From Desulfobacterales bacterium (GTDB lineage: Bacteria > Desulfobacterota > Desulfobacteria > Desulfobacterales > UBA2174), in contig CAXXWC010000021.1 in the NCBI GenBank assembly GCA_963668645.2, positions 512,001 to 576,000 of the forward strand: a stretch of DNA of 64,000 nt, given 5' to 3'. Every line of letters starts with the position of its first letter. Within the stretch, counting starts at the first letter, position 1. The notes beneath the pieces were generated by a model. That model worked only from the letters and a program-made list of their open reading frames with translations. It was not told the DNA's origin and searched no databases. Of the stretch, positions 28,969 to 39,952 are shown in pieces. The translations under genes were made by a program, and so were the position numbers.

Positions 28969-29946
28969 TTAAGTAATTGGTAGTATTGTTTCGTTGCGAT
29001 GTTGTGTCTGGTTCCAATGGCATAGTAGCGCGTCGATGAACATAGCGTGCATTTGTGCGGACTCTGTATACGTAGGTAGGTCGCAAACACCTTTTTCGAA
29101 AATACTGCTAATCAGGCGGTTAGTCATTGTACTTTGGTATTCCAAGGTCCCCAAGATGGTTTGGCCATCTTTATCAGATGCAATGCCAGCCGATTCATCG
29201 ATATTCCATATACCATTGGATGTTTCTACGATTAGCCCTCGATCCTGTTTGACCGACCGTGCTTCCAGTCGCAATGTGCTATCATCGGAGAATGTCCCTT
29301 CGAGCACACCCGCAACCTCATAAAAACCAGTACGCTTGCTCTCAAACCAAGAATGATCCAACCCAACAGTACTGATACTATCCAACTTTTCGCCTGTCCA
29401 CCATGCAACAAGATCAATAAAGTGAATGCTGTTGCAAGCAAGCCCCCATAGTCCACCACAGCGATGCATATGCAACGGGCTCTGGCCGATGAGTGTTTCT
29501 TTGATTCGGCGATGCCAAGCCATCATTCGCCGCGGGGTATTGACCCAACATCCTTGCGCTCCAGCAACGGAATCGCCGAGCAGTGTCAGTTGGTCTTTGG
29601 ATTGTGCCAAGACCTTTTCCAAAACCCAGTATTTAACTTTGTATCGCTTGGATAGTTCACTTACGACTTGGGATCGAGAGTCCGCACATGTTGCCACTAT
29701 TGCAAGATCAATTTCTTTTGGAAGATTGTCTAATGATGCACGCCAATGAACAGAATGGAATGATTCCTCACCTCCTGCTTCAATCCAGCGTTTATCGGCA
29801 AAACTAAGTGATTGAACGCTTGGTTCAACAACTGTAATCGACAATTTCATTGGCACTTCTACCAGACCCTGCAGATACCTAGAGCCGAGTTGGCCTGCAC
29901 CAATAAGCACTATATTTGCATCCACGACATCCCCTAAGAAAGTCAA
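28969..29946 (-). CDS. Gfo/Idh/MocA-like oxidoreductase
   Basis: IGAGQLGSRY, LEKVL, WVNTPRR, CNSIHFID. Confidence 0.83.
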   Translation of the reverse strand: MTFLGDVVDANIVLIGAGQLGSRYLQGLVEVPMKLSITVVEPSVQSLSFADKRWIEAGGEESFHSVHWRASLDNLPKEIDLAIVATCADSRSQVVSELSKRYKVKYWVLEKVLAQSKDQLTLLGDSVAGAQGCWVNTPRRMMAWHRRIKETLIGQSPLHMHRCGGLWGLACNSIHFIDLVAWWTGEKLDSISTVGLDHSWFESKRTGFYEVAGVLEGTFSDDSTLRLEARSVKQDRGLIVETSNGIWNIDESAGIASDKDGQTILGTLEYQSTMTNRLISSIFEKGVCDLPTYTESAQMHAMFIDALLCHWNQTQHRNETILPIT

Positions 29947-31019
29947 TTATTTAAATTGTTATCATGGAAATTGATAAGAATCTTTTCAATTTCTGCAAGA
30001 TTATCGATATCTACGCCCACGCCGGATTTTTTCAGTTCCATTCCAGCTTCAATCAGAGAAAGCTTATTGTCATTTTTTTTAAAAACTGATGACATCACCT
30101 GCCTAAGAGCAAACTTAGCGGCAGGCGGAAGCAATCGCCCTACTTTACCTCGCAATGTATTTTTATTTGCTAAAACAAATCGTAGGTAGGCTTCAAACCC
30201 TTGTATTACAATACTACGACAATTTTTTTCGTTTTCCTGAGGTCTTAATTTACGTAACGAATCTGAGGTGATTTGGATCAACAGTTCACGATAAGCACTG
30301 TTTTTCGAATCGGCCCACCAAGTCTCAAAGGAACGAGATTCATCCAAACTTGGATCCGTCCCTCGAATAGGTTTAGTTTCTCCGTGAGAACGTAGCCATG
30401 ATAGCTCTGGCAAAACACACGATTTGCCGGCGAAGCTCATACAGAGTTCAAACTGCAACTCGCCTATCGCAAAAACAGGAAACTCTCTCTTAGTATAACT
30501 ACCCATTGCAGTTATCCAGGCATCCTTTCGAGCCACTGAATAACTGAGACTTGGAACATAGTCTGCCATGTGATACCTAACCCGTGAGGTAGCATTTTCC
30601 TCTTTAATAGCGTATCCATTCAATTTTGGATATTGTGAGAAACCGATGATTGAATTACCAATTGGACGGAACCCTAACGCTCTTCCGCAGCAAGCCACGT
30701 AATCAGAATTATTCTCTAGGTGCTGTATACATGCATTTAATCCTTTGAATAAAAAAAATTCGTCATCGCCATGAAGCACAATGTAATCAGTTTTCAAATT
30801 AGGTAATATCGTTTCCAGCCTTTCGACAAATGGGTATGGCCAATGAAAGTAGTTAATATTAGAACCTATTCCGACTAAATCAGATCCAATTATGGGAGCA
30901 CAACTTCCATCCAATACGTAAACACATGGACCCTTGTTAGACCAATAGAGCATATTTCTGAGCGCAAATTTCTGACGATTATAAGTTGGTATAACTATAG
31001 TTAGGTTCAATAGATTCAT
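29943..31019 (-). CDS. GT2-like glycosyltransferase (TIGR00180-like)
   Basis: TIVIPTYNR, VLDGS, GDDEF; AT-rich. Confidence 0.82.
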   Translation of the reverse strand: MNLLNLTIVIPTYNRQKFALRNMLYWSNKGPCVYVLDGSCAPIIGSDLVGIGSNINYFHWPYPFVERLETILPNLKTDYIVLHGDDEFFLFKGLNACIQHLENNSDYVACCGRALGFRPIGNSIIGFSQYPKLNGYAIKEENATSRVRYHMADYVPSLSYSVARKDAWITAMGSYTKREFPVFAIGELQFELCMSFAGKSCVLPELSWLRSHGETKPIRGTDPSLDESRSFETWWADSKNSAYRELLIQITSDSLRKLRPQENEKNCRSIVIQGFEAYLRFVLANKNTLRGKVGRLLPPAAKFALRQVMSSVFKKNDNKLSLIEAGMELKKSGVGVDIDNLAEIEKILINFHDNNLNN

Positions 31020-31044
31020 CTGTTACACTTATATCTTTTGGATA

Positions 31045-32541
31045 TTATGCGAATATACGGAAAGCTGTACTTTTTATTTTCCGACGCAACAGTGGAGCGG
31101 CTAAACTTGAGGAAGCCAGAGTAACTGTTCCGGCAAGCATTAATTGGCTTACTTGTTCAATTATTCCTGTTGGATTCGGAATTAGCCAAAAGACTGCGAT
31201 GGCCATTGTCGTTGCCGCACATAGGGGTCCAATTACATCTTTAAAATACCAGCTCCATTTCTCACCCTTTAGGATTCTCCTGTGCATAAAGTGTGGAACG
31301 ATCAATATTCCACCTGAAGTATAGGCGACCCAAACCAGTGCAGCTCCTTTAGCTCCAAAACGAGGCGTTGCCCAAATAATTGCAGGAACTATTATCAATA
31401 CTGCCAAAACATTTGTATACAGTAACAGGGTTGTCCATCCATATGCATAAGTTGCATGCCCGGGAAGACGGAGAAGACCGTTTAATAAGTTGCCTATCGC
31501 CAACAGACTGAGTAGTGGTGCGACACGAATGGTTAATTCTAAATTTTGAGTCCATAGAGTAAGAAATGTGTGCGAAAACACTATCAGGACAATCGCAGCG
31601 CTGCCAAGCGTCACGCTAACCAACTGGGCTGCTTGATGGTAGGTGTTCGATAGAGCACTAAACTGGGATGTCGCTTGCAACTGGCAAAGCTGCGGAAACC
31701 AAGCCTGTATAATTGGTGCGACTAAGGTGAAGAGGTAAGCAGCGACTGATGCAGCTAAGGTGTAGTAGCCAAATTCTGACAGAGATAGCATTTTAGAGAG
31801 CAGCACTTTATCCACTTGTGTAAGCAACAGCGATAAAATAGACGTACCCAAAAGTCCAGCGGCATACCGCCAAATTCCCTGCAATGCAGAAATAGAAAAA
31901 CGTCCACCGCGTTCCCCTTTTTTTAAAGCTGAATATGTAAATACCGAAAACATAATAAGTGTCATCAAAGAAATAACCCCCTGCCATACAAAAAAGGCCT
32001 GGATTGTGGGGGAAACCCAGATCAGAATACAAACTGCGCCAACTCCTCGCAACGTAGCCATCGCACTCGAGATGATATTCATCGCTACTTGCCGTTGTAG
32101 ACCGAGAAGGCTACTGCTGTACAATCCTTCGACAAAACGAAGTGCAGTCACGATTCCCATGATCGTGAACGCTTCAGCGACAACCTGCACAGGAAAATTT
32201 TCAGCTTTTAGCCACGATGTCGCCAGCCAATTCGATGATAGCGATACGCCAACTGCAATCAGGATCGCACAAAGGATCGAAAGAACCTCTGCGCTACGCA
32301 AAAGATCGCGAATGGACTCTGAACAGATACTTCCACCTGTATAGCGCGCCATCTCCCGATTCATGGTCGGCTTCATGCCCATATCTAGCAGACCCAACCA
32401 TGCTTGGAGCAGTGCGTAAAGACCAATCAGCCCATAGGCCTCAATACCGAGATACTTGATGTACAACGGAACGAAGGCTAGCGCCATAAAGGCAGTCCAG
32501 CCTTGGCCTATATAATTGGCAATGAGATTGCGTCTGAGCAT
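31045..32541 (-). CDS. wzx: Wzx polysaccharide flippase
   Basis: Many TM segments; LGIEAYGL, LDMG, QVDKVLLSK..EFGYY. Confidence 0.92.
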   Translation of the reverse strand: MLRRNLIANYIGQGWTAFMALAFVPLYIKYLGIEAYGLIGLYALLQAWLGLLDMGMKPTMNREMARYTGGSICSESIRDLLRSAEVLSILCAILIAVGVSLSSNWLATSWLKAENFPVQVVAEAFTIMGIVTALRFVEGLYSSSLLGLQRQVAMNIISSAMATLRGVGAVCILIWVSPTIQAFFVWQGVISLMTLIMFSVFTYSALKKGERGGRFSISALQGIWRYAAGLLGTSILSLLLTQVDKVLLSKMLSLSEFGYYTLAASVAAYLFTLVAPIIQAWFPQLCQLQATSQFSALSNTYHQAAQLVSVTLGSAAIVLIVFSHTFLTLWTQNLELTIRVAPLLSLLAIGNLLNGLLRLPGHATYAYGWTTLLLYTNVLAVLIIVPAIIWATPRFGAKGAALVWVAYTSGGILIVPHFMHRRILKGEKWSWYFKDVIGPLCAATTMAIAVFWLIPNPTGIIEQVSQLMLAGTVTLASSSLAAPLLRRKIKSTAFRIFA

Positions 32542-32602
32542 TTATCTGTTTAGGCTACCCAAGTGTTGTAATTGCGAAAATTTAAAGCGGGATAGGGGTT
32601 AA

Positions 32603-34688
32603 CCCAAGTTTGCCAAATTTTTCTTCCCCGACCCCATTTTGGGTCTAAATTGGCCTGGATGGGCTACCCAACTATCTGAAAACACACGATCCGCCATTTC
32701 TGCTGACCAATGTAGTGACCCACATATCAAAATAACTGTTGACCGTATCCCCTTTCCCGTGATACCTGCACGTGCATGTACATCAAACGTGTGCGAAAAT
32801 CCCATCGCGGCTCCAAGAAGGTCTACGAATACCTGCACCTGGTCGAAAACGTGCGCACCCAGCACGGTCCGCGTCAGCGCCTGATTCTCAACCTCGGCGC
32901 CATTGATCTGCCACAAGACAAATTCAAGGACCTGGCCAATTGCATCGAATCGATGCTCACCGGGCAACAACGCCTGTTTGACACCGATCGTAAGATTGAG
33001 AAACTGGCCCGCGTCGCCACCGATAAAATCCGCTCGAAACAGGCCACCAAAGTCGAACATGACGCCACAGATGTCCAACAGCCCATCTATCAGCACGTCG
33101 ATGTGGCCTCGATCGAGGCCAGCCAGGTCCGTTCATTGGGCTCCGAGTACGTCTGCCATTGTGTCTATAATGAGTTGAAAATAGACGACTTACTGATAGC
33201 CGAAGGTGTATCGACACACACCTTACCCCTGATCCAGGCCCTGGTGATCGGCCGGTTGGTATCACCCGGCAGCGAAGTGCACACATGGAACTGGGCCCTG
33301 CACCGCTCGGCGATATACGAACTGACCGGCCCGGTGCTGCGTCCGTCTCTCAACTCGCTGTACCGTGCCGGTGACCGCCTTTTTGAATGTAAGGACGCTC
33401 TGGAGCGGCACCTCGCCGCTCGCGAGAAAGACCTTTTTGATCTTCCCGAACGAATTTGCCTGTTTGACCTGACAAACACTTATTTTGAAGGCCAAATGGC
33501 CGCCAATGACAAGGCCAAGCGAGGGCGCAGCAAAGAAAAGCGCACCGACTGCAAGCTGTTGACGCTGGCGCTGGTGGTCGATGAACTCGGTTTTGCCAAA
33601 TACAGCCGTCTTTACCCCGGCAACCAGGTCGAGGGGCGTACTTTGGCGCAAATCATCGAGTCGCTGGTCGCGTTGCGGCCCAACCTGGCCAGGGACCGCA
33701 CGGTGGTCATCGATGCGGGCATCGCCACCGGACAGAACGTGGCCTATTTGAAAGCTAACGGCTTTCATTACATCGTGGTGCAACGGGGTAAGGCTGATTT
33801 CACCCCTGATGACATCCAGACGATGCAGATCATCCGCCAAAGCGACCAGTACACGCTAAAGGTCAAACGCCACGACCAGGACGGTGAAGCCCTGTTGCTA
33901 TGCCACAGCACTGGCCGCCAGGCAAAGGACCAGGGCATCCGCGGCCGGCAGGAACGCTTGTTTCTTGAGCGGCTGCGATACTATCAGGACGGTCTGAACA
34001 AAAAAGGGCGCACCAAGCGCTATTCCAAAGTGATCGAGATGATCGGCCGCCTGCGAGAAAAGTACCCGCGCGCTTCGAAGCTCTATGACGTTGAGGTGAC
34101 ACCCGAGGCGGCACCAGCGGCAAAGACCAACGCTCGGACGATCGTTTGGAAAAAGCGAGACCAGTATGATGCGCAGCGTCAGCTCGAGGGCTGCTATGTG
34201 CTCAGAACCGATCGCACTGAGCTGAGCGACGGTCAAATCTGGCAGACTTACGTAATGCTCACCCGGGTGGAAAGCGCCTTTCGCTCGCTGAAGTCTTCGC
34301 TGGGGCTCAGACCCAATTTTCACCAAAACCAAGAGCGCGCGGATACCCATCTATTCATATCGGTAATCGCCTACCACATCTTGCATACCATCGAATACAA
34401 GCTGCGCTTGTGCGGCGACCACCGCTCGTGGGCGACCATCTGTGAGATCTTGTCAACCCACCAGCGACTGACCATCGAATACAATGCCAAAGAGCAAGAG
34501 CAGGTGCGACGCAGCCATTTGCGCCTGTGCAGTACAGCCGAGCCCGAACACCGGCAGATCTACCAGCGCCTGAACCTAAAGGAGGCCCCGCTGCCAAAAA
34601 AAATCATGAACGCATAATCGGTAGTGACCACAACCGCCGCTAACCTCCCGAAATAACAACACCTGCAAAAATAACTGGCAAACTTGGG
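32603..34688 (+). mobile_element. IS1634-family insertion sequence
   Basis: 13-bp perfect IR CCCAAGTTTGCCA; TTAA duplicated at both flanks. Confidence 0.92.
32776..34617 (+). CDS. IS1634 transposase
   Basis: LFDLTNTYFEG, GRSKEKR, VIDAG, GCYVLRT, VESAFRSLKS.LGLRP. Confidence 0.93.
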   Translation: MYIKRVRKSHRGSKKVYEYLHLVENVRTQHGPRQRLILNLGAIDLPQDKFKDLANCIESMLTGQQRLFDTDRKIEKLARVATDKIRSKQATKVEHDATDVQQPIYQHVDVASIEASQVRSLGSEYVCHCVYNELKIDDLLIAEGVSTHTLPLIQALVIGRLVSPGSEVHTWNWALHRSAIYELTGPVLRPSLNSLYRAGDRLFECKDALERHLAAREKDLFDLPERICLFDLTNTYFEGQMAANDKAKRGRSKEKRTDCKLLTLALVVDELGFAKYSRLYPGNQVEGRTLAQIIESLVALRPNLARDRTVVIDAGIATGQNVAYLKANGFHYIVVQRGKADFTPDDIQTMQIIRQSDQYTLKVKRHDQDGEALLLCHSTGRQAKDQGIRGRQERLFLERLRYYQDGLNKKGRTKRYSKVIEMIGRLREKYPRASKLYDVEVTPEAAPAAKTNARTIVWKKRDQYDAQRQLEGCYVLRTDRTELSDGQIWQTYVMLTRVESAFRSLKSSLGLRPNFHQNQERADTHLFISVIAYHILHTIEYKLRLCGDHRSWATICEILSTHQRLTIEYNAKEQEQVRRSHLRLCSTAEPEHRQIYQRLNLKEAPLPKKIMNA

Positions 34689-34715
34689 TTAAGGTTTCCA
34701 TATGATATCAGTGTT

Positions 34716-35462
34716 TCAGGCGACACGTTTTAAATAACCTTCTGGTGCGACGGTTATTAGCAATTTATGTTGGATATTTTTATCAATTTCGAACTCAGGA
34801 TGATTTTTCAGATATTCCCAAACAGCGGTTTTAGGATTATTCCCGGGTCCCCAAGGTCGATCCGGGAACAGATCTGCCGGCATGTCTTCAATAATGGTAT
34901 CGAAGACTACGCAATAGCTGCCCTCGCTGACTAATGGCGCATAGGCATTCAGTTCTGCAAGTACGTGGTTGTGTGTGTGGTTGCTGTCCAGGCATACCAG
35001 AACCCTTTGCTTTCCAGCAGCCTTTAACTTCACCTTAGCAATAATCTCAGGCTCAATGCTTGAGCCTTCAATCATCGTAATGCGCTTGAACATCGGGTGC
35101 GCTTCAATGGCTGTACGGTTATGAGCACGGATGTCAATATCCACACCTAACACCTCAGCATCCTGAGGGCCATCGGAGGCCGCGTTCAGCTCCAGCATTG
35201 AGGCATAGAAAATCAGCGAACCTCCGTGGGCAATGCCTGTTTCGATGATTAGGTCTGGTTTTACTGCCCATATGATCTCTTGCATTGCTATGATATCTTG
35301 CGGGTACTGGATGATAGGGCGTCCTTGCCAACAAAAATTATAGGAATACTTTGGCAACGTACTAGCAATCATGAAGTTTACAGCAGCATGGGATATCTCG
35401 CTGTCCGGATATGATCTAATACGTTCTGTGCATTCGTTAAAAAATTTTTCTATTTTATCCAT
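34716..35462 (-). CDS. CmcI (cephalosporin hydroxylase / rhamnosyl O-methyltransferase) family protein
   Basis: YSYNF.W.GRPIIQYPQD, IETGIAHGGS, LDSNHTH, GNNPKTA. Confidence 0.9.
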   Translation of the reverse strand: MDKIEKFFNECTERIRSYPDSEISHAAVNFMIASTLPKYSYNFCWQGRPIIQYPQDIIAMQEIIWAVKPDLIIETGIAHGGSLIFYASMLELNAASDGPQDAEVLGVDIDIRAHNRTAIEAHPMFKRITMIEGSSIEPEIIAKVKLKAAGKQRVLVCLDSNHTHNHVLAELNAYAPLVSEGSYCVVFDTIIEDMPADLFPDRPWGPGNNPKTAVWEYLKNHPEFEIDKNIQHKLLITVAPEGYLKRVA

Positions 35463-35465
35463 ACT

Positions 35466-36311
35466 CTACAAAGACCTCTCAAGGATAGTGTGTAGTTTAT
35501 CAGAGCGCCCCCAAAAAGCCATTGGCTCATAATCGGGGTAGAGGTAGTGCCCAAGATTAAGGTCAATGATCCAACCATTTTCCTTTATCCAAGATTCTAC
35601 CAGTTTACGAACTGAAATCGGCTTTCCTGAACAAATATTCACGATTCCATTATTTTTCTTGTTCATCGCTATGGAAACCAGATACTCAGCAACTTTAGTA
35701 GCAGGAAGATAATCCCGCAACTGTTCACCACCAGACATATTGAACACCTTGTCACCCTGCTTCACTGCTCTTTTAACTTGAGGCAGAAGTGAATTTTCTG
35801 CTTGTCCATCCCCGTATAAATAAAAAAGCCGTGCCCAAGTCAGGTTGAAGGATTGCATCGTTTGAAGGTATTCGAGTTGCCGTCGTAATACATCTTTGGC
35901 AAAACCGTAAGGATTACTTGGACGAGTTTCCAATTCTTCACTAAGTGGCCCAGATTGCATTCCGTATTCAAAACAGGTTCCTGTGACTACAAGATTTTTT
36001 AACCCGGAATTGACCATTCTATTTAAAAACCGATACTGCGCCGGTAATTCCTCTTCAAAGTGATGCAAAGATTTGTAGTTGGGTAACCCAGACCATGCCA
36101 GATGAATTAAAACGTCAGGCTGACCTAATAACTCAAATGGATTTGCCGGCGGTTCTCTAAGGTCAATTAAAACGGTTGAATACTTGGAAAGAGGTGCTGT
36201 AATTCTTCCTGAAGGCCGGCATACTAGTATCGGAGATATGGATCGTAGCTCCATTTCTGCTACAATATGCTTTCCGATAAAACCAGTCGCACCCGTTACT
36301 ACAATTTTCAT
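35466..36311 (-). CDS. NAD-dependent NDP-4-keto-sugar reductase/epimerase
   Basis: TGATGFIG, HLAW.GLP, GTCFEYG, YGFAK. Confidence 0.88.
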   Translation of the reverse strand: MKIVVTGATGFIGKHIVAEMELRSISPILVCRPSGRITAPLSKYSTVLIDLREPPANPFELLGQPDVLIHLAWSGLPNYKSLHHFEEELPAQYRFLNRMVNSGLKNLVVTGTCFEYGMQSGPLSEELETRPSNPYGFAKDVLRRQLEYLQTMQSFNLTWARLFYLYGDGQAENSLLPQVKRAVKQGDKVFNMSGGEQLRDYLPATKVAEYLVSIAMNKKNNGIVNICSGKPISVRKLVESWIKENGWIIDLNLGHYLYPDYEPMAFWGRSDKLHTILERSL

Positions 36312-37534
36312 TAATCAACCTCCACCTGTTGGACGACTGTAACGAATTTGCTGCCACTCAGTATGATGTATTCAAGTTGTTTCATAATTTCATCTTTCAG
36401 ATTCCATGGCAAAATAAGCACATAATCCGGCTTCTGCTCACGTAACTTAGCCGGCGACACAATAGGAATATGGCTACCAGGCAAAAACTTGCCCTGTTTT
36501 GATGGCGCGGCATCACATACGAAAGGTAAGAGATCGGGCTTCACCCCCGCATAATTCAATAGGGTATTTCCCTTGGCCGCTGCTCCATAAGCCGCAACGG
36601 TCCGTCCTGTGCGCTTCTGTTCAATCAGAAACGACAGCAAATCATCTTTGACCCAATCGGCCCGCGCCTGAAAATTCTGATAGACCGCCAACGCGCGTAA
36701 ACCACCCTGCTCTTCATCGTATAGCGCTTGTTGCACCGCCGGTGTCTCACTGCGCGAATCATCCTCATGGACTCCGTACACCCGCAGGCTGCCACCATGT
36801 GTCGGCAACTGCTCCACATCCCAAACTCGCAGCCCATGGACCTTGAAGATGTGCTGCACGGTATAAAGCGAAAGATAGGAAAAATGCTCGTGGTAAACCG
36901 TATCGAACTGGATCTCCTCAATCAGCTTTAGCAGCTGAGGGAACTCCAGTGTAATGACTCCACCCGGTTTGAGAGCTGCCTTCAGTCCGGTAGTGAAATC
37001 GTTGATATTCGGCACATGGGCATACACATTGTTGCCGATGATCAGATCGGCTCGCCGGCCTTCATTAGCCAGTCGCCGGCCAAGCTCGGCACCGAAAAAC
37101 TCTTGCTGAACCGGTATACCAAGCGCCTCGGCTGCCACTGCAGTATCCCTGGTCGGCTCAATACCGAGACAAGGGATGTCGGCGCTGACGAAATTCCGCA
37201 GTAAATAGCCGTCATTAGATGCCACTTCGATCACGAAACTGCCAGTATCCAGAGCCAGTCGTTCGCAAATCATGCCAGAGTACTGGGCTGCGTGCTCCAG
37301 CCAAGTCGAGGAGGTGGACGAAAAATAGGCATAATCCGCCTGAAACAGCTCATCGGCTCGGGAGTGGTCCTCGGTCTGTACCAGCCAACACTGGTCGCAG
37401 ACATACAGTTTGAGAGGGAAATAAAGCTCGGGCCGGTGCAAATCCTCCGCCTTTAAATAGGCATTTGACGGGGGTGCGAAACCGAGATCAAGAAAAACGT
37501 GGGTAAGCGGGGTGCGGCAATGACGGCAGTTCAT
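36311..37534 (-). CDS. NDP-hexose C-methyltransferase (Zn-binding N-terminus)
   Basis: CRHC..CDQC, EVASNDG, FDTVYHEHFSY, THGGSLR, YGAAAKGNT, ILPWN. Confidence 0.92.
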   Translation of the reverse strand: MNCRHCRTPLTHVFLDLGFAPPSNAYLKAEDLHRPELYFPLKLYVCDQCWLVQTEDHSRADELFQADYAYFSSTSSTWLEHAAQYSGMICERLALDTGSFVIEVASNDGYLLRNFVSADIPCLGIEPTRDTAVAAEALGIPVQQEFFGAELGRRLANEGRRADLIIGNNVYAHVPNINDFTTGLKAALKPGGVITLEFPQLLKLIEEIQFDTVYHEHFSYLSLYTVQHIFKVHGLRVWDVEQLPTHGGSLRVYGVHEDDSRSETPAVQQALYDEEQGGLRALAVYQNFQARADWVKDDLLSFLIEQKRTGRTVAAYGAAAKGNTLLNYAGVKPDLLPFVCDAAPSKQGKFLPGSHIPIVSPAKLREQKPDYVLILPWNLKDEIMKQLEYIILSGSKFVTVVQQVEVD

Positions 37535-38094
37535 AGCGTCAGTCCTGAAAAGTTAAAATCAAGAAGAGGATGTCGTTGATCTCGCGGCGACAAGTCGGTG
37601 ACAGTCATCGGCCAGGTGATAGCCAGCTGCGGATCGTCATAGCGGAGCCCCCCCTCCGCCTCCGGCGCGTAAGCCGCCGTGTGGAGATACAATAATTCGC
37701 TTTCCGGCTCCAACACCTGGAATCCATGGGCGCAACCCTCGGGAATTACCATCATGCTCGCATTGCCTGACGACAGCTCCTCGCCATGCCATTTTAGAAA
37801 TGTCGCTGAACCAGATCGTAGATCAACGGCAACATCCCAAACACGCCCAGTAAGGCAAATCACTATCTTGATCTCGGCATGTGGCGGATACTGGAAGTGC
37901 AGGCCGCGCACCGCCCCCCGTTGAGCCGTCAAACTGTGATTGATTTGAACAATGCTTCGTCCATCCAGCACGTTGGATAGTTCTTCGGCGCAAAACAGCC
38001 GTTCGAAATATCCCCGGTGGTCGCCTATGGGGTGACGTTGAAGCCTATTTACACCGGCGATCTGTGTATTAAGAATAGTGAAGCGCAAACTCAT
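37531..38094 (-). CDS. rfbC: RmlC-family NDP-4-keto-6-deoxyhexose 3,5-epimerase
   Basis: DHRGYF, RGLHFQ, DVAVDLR, IPEGCAHGF. Confidence 0.9.
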   Translation of the reverse strand: MSLRFTILNTQIAGVNRLQRHPIGDHRGYFERLFCAEELSNVLDGRSIVQINHSLTAQRGAVRGLHFQYPPHAEIKIVICLTGRVWDVAVDLRSGSATFLKWHGEELSSGNASMMVIPEGCAHGFQVLEPESELLYLHTAAYAPEAEGGLRYDDPQLAITWPMTVTDLSPRDQRHPLLDFNFSGLTL

Positions 38095-39200
38095 ATCGGG
38101 CGCGCCGTTTCGTATGCGTGAATTTGTTCAAGACTATAGGCTGCCATATCAGTACCCTGCCGCCAAGCTTTATACCAGGCTATGGTTTGTTCCGCCGCCT
38201 TTGCCAGCGACCAGCACGGTTGCCAGTTCAACTTGGTGCGGGCTAAGGTGCTGTCGAGACGAAGCAGACCCGCTTCGTGGGGATAATCAGCGGACGGAGC
38301 CCATTCTACCCTTACCCGCTCGCCCCATAACCGTGCTAACATATCAGCCAAATTGCTCACCGTGGCATCACCGCTGGCTTCCGGGCCAAAATTCCAGGCA
38401 TTGGCCAGGGAATCACCGTTGGGAGCCAACAAATTCTCAGCCAATCGCAGATAGCCGGCCAAGGGCTCAAGAACGTGCTGCCAGGGCCTTACCGCTTGAG
38501 GGGAACGCAACAACACCGGAATATTTTTCATAAATGACCGCACGCAGTCTGGCGCCAGCCGATCTTCCGACCAATCCCCCCCGCCGATGACATTGCCTGC
38601 TCGAGCGGTCGCTATCCGGGCAGGATGCCCACTGATTCCCGTGAAAAAACTTGCCCGGTAACTGGCGGCCACCAATTCTGCCGCCGCCTTGCTGGCACTG
38701 TACAGGTCATGGCCGCCGAGCGGATCGATCTCGCGATAGGGATAATTCCACTCGCGGTTTTCATAGACCTTGTCGGTAGTGATCAATACTATCCCACGCA
38801 CCGCATCGCAGATCCGCGCGGCTTCCAGCACATTGGCCGTACCCATCACATTATCGGACAAGGTCCTTAGCGGATCGATATAACTTACCCGCACCAGAGG
38901 CTGGGCTGCCAGATGAAAGACGATTTCAGGTTGAACCCGGCGGAAGGTTGCGTCAAGCTGTTCGCGATCCGATAGGTTTGCGCGGGTGTCCGAAGCAAGC
39001 AAGGCGCCTATGCGGGCGACTTCGAACAGGCTGGGTTCTGTCGGCGGATCAAGTGCATACCCATGCACCTGGGCGCCGAACCGATGAAGCCACAGCGACA
39101 ACCAACTGCCCTTGAAACCAGTATGGCCGGTCAGAAGGACCCGTTTGTCTTGCCAAAAAGTCGCAGAGGTGTTGACTGACATTACTCCCAAATCTTCCAC
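38091..39200 (-). CDS. rfbG: CDP-glucose 4,6-dehydratase
   Basis: [46 protein letters not shown]. Confidence 0.96.
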   Translation of the reverse strand: MEDLGVMSVNTSATFWQDKRVLLTGHTGFKGSWLSLWLHRFGAQVHGYALDPPTEPSLFEVARIGALLASDTRANLSDREQLDATFRRVQPEIVFHLAAQPLVRVSYIDPLRTLSDNVMGTANVLEAARICDAVRGIVLITTDKVYENREWNYPYREIDPLGGHDLYSASKAAAELVAASYRASFFTGISGHPARIATARAGNVIGGGDWSEDRLAPDCVRSFMKNIPVLLRSPQAVRPWQHVLEPLAGYLRLAENLLAPNGDSLANAWNFGPEASGDATVSNLADMLARLWGERVRVEWAPSADYPHEAGLLRLDSTLARTKLNWQPCWSLAKAAEQTIAWYKAWRQGTDMAAYSLEQIHAYETARPI

Positions 39201-39952
39201 GGAGCTTCACCATTTTCCCATAGGGCCTCGAGCCGTTTTTTGTCACGAAGGGTGTCCATGGGCTGCCAGAAGCCTTGGTGCTCATAGGCCATCAATTGCC
39301 CCATTTTGGCAATCTCAACGAGGGGGGTGCCCTCCCATGGGGTTTCGTCGCTTTTAATCAGATCTAAGCACCTTGGCGACAGCACGAAAAATCCACCGTT
39401 AATCAATCCGCCATCTCCCCTGGGTTTTTCCATAAAACCGTTTACCTGTTCGCCTTCCATCTGCAGAGCCCCATAGCGTCCTGGAGGCTGCACGGCCGTC
39501 ACCGTCGCCCATCGACCATGCTGGTGATGAAAGGCGATCAGCGACTGGATGTTCACATCGCTTAACCCGTCACCGTAAGTAAAGCAAAAAGGTTCGTCGT
39601 TCAGATACGGCTTGACCCGCTTGAGCCTGCCGCCAGTCATGGAGGCCTCGCCAGTGTCAACCAAGGTGACGCGCCAAGGTTCGCAATGGTTTTTGTGAAT
39701 CTGCATCTGATTGTTGCACATATCGAAAGTCACATCCGACATGTGGAGGAAATAATTGGCGAAATATTCCTTAATGACATACCCTTTGTAGCCTAAGCAG
39801 ACAATAAAATCGTTTATCCCGTGGGTCGAATAGATCTTGAGGATATGCCACAGGATCGGCTTCCCGCCGATTTCAATCATAGGCTTTGGCTTGAGGTGTG
39901 ACTCTTCACTGATGCGGGTGCCGAGACCACCGGCGAGGATGACGGCTTTCAC
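39182..39952 (-). CDS. rfbF: Glucose-1-phosphate cytidylyltransferase
   Basis: GTG start after [40 protein letters not shown]. Confidence 0.96.
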   Translation of the reverse strand: MKAVILAGGLGTRISEESHLKPKPMIEIGGKPILWHILKIYSTHGINDFIVCLGYKGYVIKEYFANYFLHMSDVTFDMCNNQMQIHKNHCEPWRVTLVDTGEASMTGGRLKRVKPYLNDEPFCFTYGDGLSDVNIQSLIAFHHQHGRWATVTAVQPPGRYGALQMEGEQVNGFMEKPRGDGGLINGGFFVLSPRCLDLIKSDETPWEGTPLVEIAKMGQLMAYEHQGFWQPMDTLRDKKRLEALWENGEAPWKIWE

